Shown here in pieces: positions 16,825 to 24,688 of a stretch of DNA of 32,000 nt. The notes beneath the pieces were generated by a model that worked only from the letters and a program-made list of their open reading frames with translations, had not been told where the DNA came from and did no database searches. This stretch comes from Candidatus Methylomirabilis oxygeniifera (lineage in GTDB: Bacteria; Methylomirabilota; Methylomirabilia; Methylomirabilales; Methylomirabilaceae), in the NCBI GenBank assembly GCA_000091165.1, contig FP565575.1, forward strand, positions 300,001 to 332,000, in the 5' to 3' direction. A program made the position numbers and the translations under genes. Each line of letters starts with the position of its first letter. Within the stretch, counting starts at the first letter, position 1.

Positions 16825-18607
16825 GATGACGGCGATTCTGGCTACCGACTGCGGGAGCACGACGACCAAAGCGATCCTGATCGAAAAGGTAGGGGAGGAG
16901 TATCGCCAGACCTTCCGCGGCGAGTCTCCGACCACCGTCGAGGCGCCGTTCGACGATGTGACCCGCGGCGTGCTGAACGCCGTCCAGGAGGTGGAGGAAC
17001 TGTCCGGGCGGAAGCTTCTGGATGGAGAGAGGATCGTGACGCCTGCCGAGGGGGGTCGCGGGGTTGACCTCTATGTCTCGACGAGCAGCGCCGGCGGCGG
17101 TCTCCAGATGATGGTGGCAGGCGTCGTGATGGCCATGACCGCCGAAAGCGCCCAACGGTGCGCCCTCGGTGCCGGCGCCATTGTCATGGACGTACTGGCC
17201 GGCAACGATGGGAGGGCGGCCCACGAGAAGATCGAGCGAATCCGGGTTCTGAGACCCGATATGATCTTGCTGTCCGGCGGGACCGATGGCGGAACGATCT
17301 CACACGTGGTGGAACTGGCGGAGTATATCCGGGCGGCCGATCCAAGACCCAGGCTCGGTGGGAGCTTTAAGCTGCCGGTTATCTTCGCCGGGAACAAAGA
17401 TGCGCGAAACCGGGTTCAGGAGATTCTGGGCGACCGGACGGCTCTCGTCATGACCGACAACATTCGACCCATTCTTGAGCGGGAGAATCTCGGACCGGCC
17501 CGCCACACGATCCACGACCTCTTTCTCGAACATGTCATGGCTCAGGCGCCGGGATATGGAACGCTTATGGGGTGGACAGGCGCGCCGATCATGCCGACGC
17601 CTGCTGCTGTCGGGTACATTATGGAGAGGGCGGCGAAAGCGCAGGGATTGAACCTGCTGGGTGTAGACATCGGGGGCGCCACTACCGATGTGTTCTCAGT
17701 GGTGGACGGACAATTCACCCGGACAGTCAGCGCCAATCTGGGAATGAGTTACAGTGTAAGTAATGTCCTGGCGGAGGCCGGTATTGAAAAGATCGAGCGA
17801 TGGCTGGCCGAGCCGATTGCAGAGCAGGAGTTGCGGAATCGGATCAAGAACAAGATGATCCGGCCCACCACGATCCCTCAGACACTCGCGGACCTGGCCC
17901 TGGAGCAGGCGATTGCGAGAGAGGCGCTTCGTCTTGCCTTTGATCAGCACAAGGCATTGGCAGTGAGCCTGAAGGGCGTTCAGCAAGAACGGACTATCGC
18001 GGATGCCTTCGAGCAGGAGGAGGGTGGGAAGAGCCTGATTGATCTGTACAGGATCGACCTCATCATCGGGAGTGGCGGGATCCTCTCCCATGCGCCACGC
18101 CGCGTCCAGGCGATGATGATGATGATCGATGCCTACCAGCCGCTTGGACTGACGCAATTAGCGGTGGACAGCATCTTCATGATGCCCCACCTCGGTGTGT
18201 TGTCTCAGGTCAATGAGCGAGCCGCCACCGAGGTGTTCCTGAAAGACTGTCTGGTTCCACTGGGCAGTTGCCTGGCTGCCGAGGGGAGGGCGAAGCGCGG
18301 CGAGCCATGTTTTGCGTATACCATCCGATCTACAGATGGTCGGCAAGCGCAGGGTGCCCTTCGCTTCGGGGAGATCGTTCGCCTCGATCTGCAGTCCGGA
18401 GCCGAAGCCGAGTTGCAGGTGGAGCCGTCGAAGAGCTTTGATCTGGGTGCCGGCAAAGGAAAACCGGTCACGCTGAAGGTGAAAGGCGGTGTAGTCGGGC
18501 TGATCCTGGATGCGAGAGGACGGCCGCTCTACCTGGCAGAGGACGAGTCGGAGCGGATCGTCCAATTGCGCGCCTGGGCCGACGCGGTCGATCTGTATCA
18601 GACATAA
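16814..18607 (+). CDS. GlmL/MutL-like ASKHA-fold ATPase (glutamate mutase L family), orphan, with a C-terminal extension of about 130 aa
   Basis: Phosphate-binding motifs ILATDCGSTTTKAILI and LLGVDIGGATTDVFSV, plus LLSGGTDGG and IIGSGGILSHAP. GAGGAGGAA lies upstream of ATG 16814. Confidence 0.8.
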   Translation: MSREMTAILATDCGSTTTKAILIEKVGEEYRQTFRGESPTTVEAPFDDVTRGVLNAVQEVEELSGRKLLDGERIVTPAEGGRGVDLYVSTSSAGGGLQMMVAGVVMAMTAESAQRCALGAGAIVMDVLAGNDGRAAHEKIERIRVLRPDMILLSGGTDGGTISHVVELAEYIRAADPRPRLGGSFKLPVIFAGNKDARNRVQEILGDRTALVMTDNIRPILERENLGPARHTIHDLFLEHVMAQAPGYGTLMGWTGAPIMPTPAAVGYIMERAAKAQGLNLLGVDIGGATTDVFSVVDGQFTRTVSANLGMSYSVSNVLAEAGIEKIERWLAEPIAEQELRNRIKNKMIRPTTIPQTLADLALEQAIAREALRLAFDQHKALAVSLKGVQQERTIADAFEQEEGGKSLIDLYRIDLIIGSGGILSHAPRRVQAMMMMIDAYQPLGLTQLAVDSIFMMPHLGVLSQVNERAATEVFLKDCLVPLGSCLAAEGRAKRGEPCFAYTIRSTDGRQAQGALRFGEIVRLDLQSGAEAELQVEPSKSFDLGAGKGKPVTLKVKGGVVGLILDARGRPLYLAEDESERIVQLRAWADAVDLYQT

Positions 18608-18611
18608 CGTT

Positions 18612-18646
18612 CCACTGACCACTGTAAACTTAACACTAAACACTGC
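18612..18646. repeat. Heptamer array (CCACTGA CCACTGT AAACTTA ACACTAA ACACTGC)
   Basis: Five degenerate 7-nt units fill the 45-nt gap between the ATPase gene and the next gene. Confidence 0.75.
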
Positions 18647-18652
18647 CCCCCA

Positions 18653-19792
18653 ATGGCTCATTCCTATACACCGGGATTACGTACGGCGGCACAGACCGTG
18701 GTTCGGAAGCGGCGGATCTTACCGATTTCCGGGCAGGTGCTTGTCCATACTGGGCAGGTGGTCACTGCGACGACGGTGATCGCTCAGACCGAGCTGCCCG
18801 GTAAGGTCCATGCGATCAATGTGGTCAATCTGCTGGGGATCGTCCCGCAGGAGATCCGTCGCTATATGCTCAAACGGGAGGGTGATGCGGTCAAGGCCGG
18901 CGAGCCGTTGGCCGAAAACCGGCCCGTTTTCAAATGGTTGAAGACCCAGGTCCCTGCCTCGATCACCGGAACGATCGAGACCGTGTCGGAGGTGACCGGA
19001 CAGGTATTTCTGAGAGAGCCGCCAAGACCACTGGCCCTGACCGCCTATCTCGACGGCCAAGTCGTTGAGACCATTCCCGATCAGGGGGCCACAGTGGAGA
19101 CGGTGTGCAGTCTCGTACAGGGGATTTTCGGCATCGGCGGCGAGGCTGTGGGTACGATCGCAGTTGCCGTCGACAATCGCGAAGACGAACTGACGCCGGA
19201 GCGGATTACCGACGCGCACCGAGGGATGATCGTTGTGGGCGGCTCGTTGATCGATCGTGACGGCTTCGCGAGGGCCAAGCAGGCCGGAGTTGCCGCTGTC
19301 GTTGTCGGCGGTATCCACGCGCTTGATCTGAAGCTGCTCCTCGGACGGGATCTTGGCGTCGCCATCACCGGTACCGAACAGATCGGTCCGACACTGATCA
19401 TCACTGAGGGGTTCGGTCGAATTGCCATGGCGAAGCGAACCTTCGATCTTCTGGTCTCCAAGACTGGACGTCGCGCGTCCTGCTCCGGGGCAACGCAGAT
19501 CCGGGCCGGCGTGATCAGGCCGGAGGTGATTGTTCCGATGGGGGAGCAGTCAGCAGTCAGTGATCAGCATTCAGCAGGGGACACCGCAGGAGTCGGAGGC
19601 GGACTGCGGGTCGGTGATCAAATCCGGATTATTCGGGAGCCGTATTTTGGCCGAATTTGCCGGGTATCCGCGCTTCCGGCGGACCTTCGGCTCCTGGCTA
19701 CGGGAAGTAAGGTCCGCGTTTTGGAGGCAGAGTTTGACGATGGGCAGCAGGTCGTTGTCCCTCGCGCCAATGTAGAGCTGCTGGAGGCGTAA
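18653..19792 (+). CDS. Hypothetical protein with a barrel-sandwich-hybrid (lipoyl-like) motif and a KOW/SH3-like C-terminal barrel
   Basis: LKREGDAVKAGEPLAE resembles lipoyl/RnfC-N/NqrA-type hybrid barrels. The C-terminus GDQIRIIREPYFGRICRV...KVRVLEAEFDDGQQVVVPRANVELL is KOW-like. Domain calls rest on motif resemblance only. Confidence 0.6.
   Translation: MAHSYTPGLRTAAQTVVRKRRILPISGQVLVHTGQVVTATTVIAQTELPGKVHAINVVNLLGIVPQEIRRYMLKREGDAVKAGEPLAENRPVFKWLKTQVPASITGTIETVSEVTGQVFLREPPRPLALTAYLDGQVVETIPDQGATVETVCSLVQGIFGIGGEAVGTIAVAVDNREDELTPERITDAHRGMIVVGGSLIDRDGFARAKQAGVAAVVVGGIHALDLKLLLGRDLGVAITGTEQIGPTLIITEGFGRIAMAKRTFDLLVSKTGRRASCSGATQIRAGVIRPEVIVPMGEQSAVSDQHSAGDTAGVGGGLRVGDQIRIIREPYFGRICRVSALPADLRLLATGSKVRVLEAEFDDGQQVVVPRANVELLEA
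19546..19577. repeat. Heptamer array inside a CDS (GCAGTCA GCAGTCA GTGATCA GCATTCA GCAG)
   Basis: Read directly. Translated as EQSAVSDQHSAG, just upstream of the KOW-like C-terminal region of the 18653-19792 product. Confidence 0.75.
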
Positions 19793-21108
19793 TGACGCTC
19801 AGGTTCGAGTGTCGAGTGTCGAGTGTTGAGTTGAAGGCCCGCAACCCGCAACCCGCAACCCGCAACCTGTTTTCCGTGCGCGTTCTTACCACAATCCTTA
19901 TTCTTGCTGTCTTTACCCTATATCCTATATCCTATATCCTTGCCTCTTCCCTTTCCCCTCCTGAGCAATTCGAAGCCTTCGATATGCCCGGCGATGGCGG
20001 AGGTAGCATCGGACTGTCGTGGCAAGCGGCTCCCTCTGACGGACCGACTGTGCGCTATCAGGTCTACGTCGCGGATCAGGCGCACGGACCTTTCACGCGA
20101 GTTGCCGAGTTTCCCGCCGATACCCACTACAAGAGCGATGTTGATCGCCCATGGTGGAGCTGGGATCGGAGCAAGGCCCATCACTTTTATCAGGTCAAAT
20201 CGACGCCGACCCTCCGTATCGAGAACGACCGATCCTACTTCTTCAAGGTGACGGCAACCGATGGGCTGCTGACCAGTGAGGGGCCGGTTCAATCGGCCGT
20301 TCCGGCGCCGAATTTCTTCAACATGGCAAAGGCCAACAACTTTCTGTTGATGTTCTTCTTCTCTGCGCTTGTCCTGTTTGCGATTGCCCAGGCAAAGCGG
20401 CATCCGACCATCTTCCTGCGCCGAATTCCAGGCCTCGATGCGGTGGAGGAGGCGATCGGCCGGGCGACCGAGATGGGACGGCCGATTCTCTACCTTACCG
20501 GCTCCGATGATATGTCGAGCCTGTCGACGATTGCGGCGACGGTCATTCTTGGACAGGTTGCGAAAAAGACGGCGGCGTACGATACACAGCTTCAGGTGCC
20601 GCACCGGGACCCGATCGTGATGGCTATCTGCCAGGAGATCGTCAAGGAGTCGTACCTGGAAGCCGGACGACCTGATGCTTATCGTGATGACGCGAACTTC
20701 TTCATCACCAACGATCAGTTCAGCTATACCGCTGCGGTGAACGGCATTATGCTTCGAGAGCGACCGGCAGCCAACTTTTTCATGGGTTTTTACTATGCCG
20801 AGGCGCTGTTGCTGGCAGAGACCGGCGCCGGGACCGGTGCAATCCAGATCGCCGGGACCGATGCCGACCTGCAACTGCCCTTCTTCATTACGACGTGCGA
20901 TTACACGCTGATCGGCGAGGAGCTGTACGCTGCAAGCGCATATCTCTCGCGTGAGCCGGTGCTGGTTGGGACCCTGCGGGGGCAGGATCTCGGGAAAGCG
21001 TTTCTCCTGTTCTCCATGGTGATCGGGACCATCCTTGCCACCATCGGCGGACTTGTCGGGACTCAGGCGTTCGTACCGTTGCTGCAACTGTTCCGGGACT
21101 TTAAGTAA
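19792..21108 (+). CDS. Membrane protein: signal anchor, FN3-like beta-sandwich, TM segment, C-terminal domain of about 230 aa of unknown function
   Basis: ATG 19792 overlaps the upstream TAA (TAATG). The alternative GTG 19876 starts at MRVLTTILILAVF. FN3-like GGSIGLSWQAAPSDGPTVRYQVYV...YFFKVTATDG. TM segments FLLMFFFSALVLFAIA and LLFSMVIGTILATIGGLV. Confidence 0.65.
   Translation: MTLRFECRVSSVELKARNPQPATRNLFSVRVLTTILILAVFTLYPISYILASSLSPPEQFEAFDMPGDGGGSIGLSWQAAPSDGPTVRYQVYVADQAHGPFTRVAEFPADTHYKSDVDRPWWSWDRSKAHHFYQVKSTPTLRIENDRSYFFKVTATDGLLTSEGPVQSAVPAPNFFNMAKANNFLLMFFFSALVLFAIAQAKRHPTIFLRRIPGLDAVEEAIGRATEMGRPILYLTGSDDMSSLSTIAATVILGQVAKKTAAYDTQLQVPHRDPIVMAICQEIVKESYLEAGRPDAYRDDANFFITNDQFSYTAAVNGIMLRERPAANFFMGFYYAEALLLAETGAGTGAIQIAGTDADLQLPFFITTCDYTLIGEELYAASAYLSREPVLVGTLRGQDLGKAFLLFSMVIGTILATIGGLVGTQAFVPLLQLFRDFK
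19805..19867. repeat. Perfect heptamer tandem repeats (TCGAGTG)3 ... (CGCAACC)4 at the 5' end of the FN3 membrane-protein ORF
   Basis: TCGAGTG at 19805-19825, CGCAACC at 19840-19867, counted directly. Confidence 0.9.
19917..19939. repeat. (CCTATAT)3 heptamer repeat inside the signal-anchor coding region
   Basis: Perfect 3 x 7 nt = 21 nt, translated as LYPISYI. Confidence 0.85.
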
Positions 21109-21190
21109 CAGGGTATAGGGTGTAGGGGATGGGGTATAGGGTACCAGCAGGATCACGAAAGAGCCCTTACCCCTTACCCCCTCCACCCTG
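21109..21190. repeat. Heptamer array, family A: G-rich arm with five G-tracts, spacer, C-rich arm
   Basis: CAGGGTATAGGGTGTAGGGGATGGGGTATAGGGTACC - 18 nt - CCCTTACCCCTTACCCCCTCCACCCTG. Confidence 0.9.
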
Positions 21191-21203
21191 TCTTTGAGGT
21201 GGA

Positions 21204-21845
21204 TTGATGGTTCTATTCTTGCGGCGGACGTTCCCGCTGATTCTGACCTTTCTGTTTGGTGTAGCGGGCGCCCTCCAGTATTACATCCCCCACCCTGTCT
21301 CCGAAGCGGCGCTCACTGAGGTCTCGGTCTGGCTTCGGATCATCCTTGGATTTGCCATGATCCTGGGGATCGCCAGCCTCTGCCACGTCCATTATGCGAA
21401 GATCCGGATACGGGCGGCAGGGTGGGGATACAGCCTGGTGGTCTATGTCTCGATGCTGGCTACGGTCGTGGTAGGGTTGTGGTCGCGGGGACAGGAGGAG
21501 GGGACAGGCTTCGGCTGGATCTATACGTATGCGCTGCTTGCGCTTCAGGGGACGATGTTTTCCATGCTCGGGTTCTTCGTGGCCTCTGCTGCATTCCGCG
21601 CCTTTCGGGCCAGGAGCAAGGAGGCGGCCGTATTGCTGGTGGCGGCGGTCCTGATGATGTTTGGGCGTGTGCCGTTGGGCGAGTATCTGGTGCCCGCTGC
21701 AGGACCCATAGCCGGCTGGCTCCTGAACGTCCTCAACACGGCCGCCAGGCGTGGGATCATCATCGGGATCAGCCTTGGCGGGATTGCGACCTCGATCAAG
21801 ATCATCCTTGGGATCGAGCGGTCGTACCTGGGGGGCAGAGATTGA
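21204..21845 (+). CDS. Polytopic integral membrane protein (about 5-6 TM), unknown family
   Basis: Hydrophobic segments throughout (LILTFLFGVAGAL, ILGFAMILGIASL, SLVVYVSMLATVVVGL, MFSMLGFFVASAAF, VLLVAAVLMMF). GAGGTGG upstream. Start is TTG 21204 or ATG 21207. Confidence 0.65.
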   Translation: MMVLFLRRTFPLILTFLFGVAGALQYYIPHPVSEAALTEVSVWLRIILGFAMILGIASLCHVHYAKIRIRAAGWGYSLVVYVSMLATVVVGLWSRGQEEGTGFGWIYTYALLALQGTMFSMLGFFVASAAFRAFRARSKEAAVLLVAAVLMMFGRVPLGEYLVPAAGPIAGWLLNVLNTAARRGIIIGISLGGIATSIKIILGIERSYLGGRD

Positions 21846-22723
21846 GGGAACTGGCCGGTAAGCTGCTGCGCATGGACCGTCGGGTGATCTTCGTTCTGAT
21901 CGCGCTGGCGACACTGATCCCGCTCTTGCGTCCGATCGGCTTTCCGATCCGGATCTCGCCGGAGGTTAAGCGGATCTACGACCATATCGAGTCGCTTCCG
22001 GCAGGATCGGTGTTTTTGCTGTCGCTGGACTTCGACCCGGCCTCAAAACCGGAACTCTATCCGATGGCGGTGGCACTGCTCAATCACGCCTTCAAGCGAG
22101 ACCTGCGGGTCGTCGGGATGACGCTCTGGGTGACAGGGACTGGAATGGCTGAGAAGGTTGTGAGTGGAATCGCGAGCGAGTACGGGAAGCAACGAGGAGT
22201 AGACTATACCTTTCTTGGATACTCGCCGGGCGGGAGCAACGTTATCATCAATATGGGGCAGGACCTGGCTGCCGCCTTTCCGACCGACCATTACGGTGCG
22301 CGAACTGCAGACCTTCCGGTTATGCAGGGGGTCACATCGCTGAGGCAGGTCAACTACGTGGTGAGTCTGGCTGCGGGTACGCCCGGCGTCGAAAGCTGGT
22401 ACGTGTACGGTAAAGAGAAGTACGGTTTCGAGTTGGGCGGTGGCGTGACAGCCGTAATCGCGCCCGGCCTCTATCCCTTCCTCGATACCGGGCAGATCAA
22501 CGGCCTGATCGGCGGATTGCGTGGGGCAGCCGAGTACGAAACGCTGATCGGGATGAAGGGGAAGGCGGTGGCCGGGATGGACGCGCAATCGGCGACGCAT
22601 TTTATTATTATCGGCCTGATTGTGCTCTGCAATCTCTTTTACTTCCTGACGCCCGGCACGAGGCTCCGATCCTTTAGTAGCGCTCAGGACAAACCGGGCT
22701 CGCCGCGAGAGGCGGGACGGTGA
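21842..22723 (+). CDS. Bitopic membrane protein: N-terminal and C-terminal TM segments flanking a soluble domain of about 230 aa, unknown family
   Basis: TTG 21842 overlaps the upstream TGA (TTGA); alternative ATG 21872. TM segments VIFVLIALATLIPLL and HFIIIGLIVLCNLFYFL. The ORF-track start 21422 overlaps the previous gene out of frame and is rejected. Confidence 0.6.
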   Translation: MRELAGKLLRMDRRVIFVLIALATLIPLLRPIGFPIRISPEVKRIYDHIESLPAGSVFLLSLDFDPASKPELYPMAVALLNHAFKRDLRVVGMTLWVTGTGMAEKVVSGIASEYGKQRGVDYTFLGYSPGGSNVIINMGQDLAAAFPTDHYGARTADLPVMQGVTSLRQVNYVVSLAAGTPGVESWYVYGKEKYGFELGGGVTAVIAPGLYPFLDTGQINGLIGGLRGAAEYETLIGMKGKAVAGMDAQSATHFIIIGLIVLCNLFYFLTPGTRLRSFSSAQDKPGSPREAGR

Positions 22724-23490
22724 TGACCCCGTCTGTTCTGCTCGGCGTCTGGGTGGCGGCCGGCCTCACCCTGTGTATGTTCAGCTTCCTGTACAAGGAC
22801 AACCCCTTCTTCCGATTCGGGGAGCACCTCTACGTCGGTATCTCGATGGGGTACACCATCGTCCGGATCTATTACGATGTGATGGTCAAAAGCCTCTACA
22901 CCCCGGTTATGCAGGAAGGGAAATGGTGGTTCCTGATCGCGGCCATCCTGGGTCTCCTGGTTCTGACCCGCTTCATCCCGAAGATAAGCTGGCTTAGCCG
23001 GATCTCATTTGCCGTCATCGTGGGTTTCGGTTCCGGCGTTGCTATCCCCCGCATCATCTCCTCGAATATCCTTCAGCAGGTACAGGGGACGTTAAAGCCG
23101 CTCCTCGGAAATGCCGGTCAATCTCTCTTCGGCATGACCCAGTTCAACGCATTACTGATCCTGATCGGCGTTGTGACGGTGCTAATCTATTTCTTCTTCT
23201 CCATCGAGCACAAAGGACCGATCCGGGTCGCGGCGCGGATCGGCATCTACTTCCTCATGATCAACTTCGGCGCCGGCTTTGGCTATACGGTTATGGCCCG
23301 CATGTCGCTGCTCATCGGCCGGTTCGACGATCTGATCCTCTTTAGTTCCCGCGAGTACGGCTACGCCTCGTTGGTGCTGCTCGGCATGATCGCCTTTGGC
23401 CTGTTCATGTGGGAGCGCAGCTCAACCGCCTCCTCCGGCCCCGATCAGGACCCACGCGCCTCTGGGAGCGAGGAGCGCCTCTCTCAGTAG
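22720..23490 (+). CDS. Polytopic integral membrane protein (about 6-7 TM), unknown family; last gene of the operon
   Basis: GTG 22720 or ATG 22723 overlaps the upstream TGA. Hydrophobic segments LLGVWVAAGLTLCMFSFL, WWFLIAAILGLLVL, ISFAVIVGFGSGVAI, ALLILIGVVTVLIYFFF, IGIYFLMINFGAGFGY, LVLLGMIAFGLFMW. Confidence 0.65.
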   Translation: MMTPSVLLGVWVAAGLTLCMFSFLYKDNPFFRFGEHLYVGISMGYTIVRIYYDVMVKSLYTPVMQEGKWWFLIAAILGLLVLTRFIPKISWLSRISFAVIVGFGSGVAIPRIISSNILQQVQGTLKPLLGNAGQSLFGMTQFNALLILIGVVTVLIYFFFSIEHKGPIRVAARIGIYFLMINFGAGFGYTVMARMSLLIGRFDDLILFSSREYGYASLVLLGMIAFGLFMWERSSTASSGPDQDPRASGSEERLSQ

Positions 23491-23498
23491 GTTCAGAC

Positions 23499-23547
23499 CA
23501 TCACCCCTCGCCCCCTTTTGGGGGAGAGGGAGCGGGTGAGGGGGACC
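23499..23547. repeat. GC-rich imperfect palindrome (REP-like) just after the operon stop codon
   Basis: CCATCACCCCTCGCCCCC-TTTT-GGGGGAGAGGGAGCGGGTGAGGGGGA. The ORF-track ORF 23409-23654 only translates this element. Confidence 0.6.
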
Positions 23548-23709
23548 TTGGAGCGATGAGAGACCACTGGCCGGATTACGCCGGTATTCCGCATCTCACA
23601 ATTCCCCTAGACAGTAAAGAGTTTTGCATGGTAGCTATAACGTGGCCTTTTTGAGGGTATCATTTCGCAGCCTGAAAGGGTTGGGATATGGTGGATAGGA
23701 CTGATCGAA

Positions 23710-24042
23710 ATGTCTGAATCGGACTTGGCGTTGATCCGACGTTGTGTCCATGAAGGTCGGCTCCTATGGACCTACCATGTTAACATGCGTTTACGACAAC
23801 GGCGTGTGTCCCGCTCCCTGGTGACGGAAAGTGTGGACAGTTACCGGATTATTGAGCAGTATCCACGAAGCCACACCTCTCGTTACTTGCCGAGTTGTCT
23901 AGTGCGTGCGGAGCATCACGGAGAGATGATTCATATCCTGTTCGCCCTCGACAGGGAAGGTGATACCGTACGAGTCATCACTGTATATCGGCCGGATCCC
24001 GCAGAGTGGGACGCCGATTTTCTGCGGAGGAAAAAGCCATGA
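23710..24042 (+). CDS. DUF4258-family putative toxin
   Basis: IIEQYPRSHTSRYLPSCLV...HILFALDREGDTVRVITVYRPDPAEW fits the DUF4258 pattern. Overlaps its zinc-finger partner by ATGA. Confidence 0.7.
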   Translation: MSESDLALIRRCVHEGRLLWTYHVNMRLRQRRVSRSLVTESVDSYRIIEQYPRSHTSRYLPSCLVRAEHHGEMIHILFALDREGDTVRVITVYRPDPAEWDADFLRRKKP

Positions 24043-24260
24043 AATGTCATATCTGCGGCGGTGAAGTCAAGGTAGCGACATCCGACATGCCGTTTAAACT
24101 CGAAGCAAACCGGATTGTCATCTTCAAGAATCTTCCGGTGCTCCAATGCGGGCAGTGCGGGGAATACCTGATTGAAGACCCCGTCATGGCGCGGGTGGAG
24201 GAAATGCTCGACCGCATTGATGCCTCGGCGGAGCTGGAGATTGTGCGCTACGCGGCGTAA
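24039..24260 (+). CDS. YgiT-type zinc-finger protein (MqsA-like putative antitoxin)
   Basis: MKCHICGG...VLQCGQCGEYLIED has two CxxC pairs. ATG 24039 overlaps the upstream stop. Confidence 0.7.
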   Translation: MKCHICGGEVKVATSDMPFKLEANRIVIFKNLPVLQCGQCGEYLIEDPVMARVEEMLDRIDASAELEIVRYAA

Positions 24261-24266
24261 CGTGGC

Positions 24267-24506
24267 ATGATCACTGAAGCTGACACCTGCAGGAAGTACG
24301 TCTTGCCGAAGCTCTACGCAGCCGGCTGGACCGACGACCAGATCAGCGAGCAAAAGACCTTCACTGACGGGCGGATCGTCGTTGCCGAGCTGGAAGCCTT
24401 GCAAAAAGAGGTGGATCGGCTGAAAGCACTCCAGGCGGAGACCGCTGCCGAACTCGACGCGCTGCTGCCCGCCATCCGCGACCGCGCATTCAAGGGGGAA
24501 CTCTGA
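24267..24506 (+). pseudogene. Type I R-M fossil: HsdR N-terminal stub (about 39 aa) fused to an HsdS C-terminal stub (about 40 aa)
   Basis: MITEADTCRKYVLPKLYAAGWTDDQISEQKTFTDGRIVV is a typical HsdR N-terminus. LEALQKEVDRLKALQAETAAELDALLPAIRDRAFKGEL is a typical HsdS C-terminal coiled coil ending AFKGEL. Junction near 24384. Confidence 0.7.
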
Positions 24507-24688
24507 TGGTCAAGAGTTGCGCTTCACCGATCGCGGCTCCACTCAGAATGAAACCACCGTATGAACGCATCGTTTTGGAGAAACGCGAATCCCGCACTGT
24601 CGCTGCCCTACGCGACGCGCTGCTTCGGAAGCTGCTCTCGGAGGAACTGCGGATGAGAACGGCTGAAAAACTGCTGGAGGTCGAATGA
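24506..24688 (+). pseudogene. Second HsdS C-terminal remnant
   Basis: SRTVAALRDALLRKLLSEELRM matches the conserved HsdS distal motif (LRD.LLPKLLSGE.R). Only 60 codons. Overlaps its neighbours via TGATG and ATGATGA. Confidence 0.6.

Noticed and set aside
21422-21841. N-terminal 140 codons of ORF-track ORF 21422-22723.
   Set aside because: This part overlaps the polytopic membrane-protein gene 21204-21845 in another frame and translates to an Arg/Gly-rich peptide. The plausible starts are TTG 21842 (TTGA coupling) or ATG 21872.
23409-23654. 81-aa ORF (HHPSPPFGGEGAGEGDL...).
   Set aside because: It is simply a translation of the GC-rich REP-like palindrome and the non-coding spacer. It has no RBS and overlaps the 3' end of the preceding gene.
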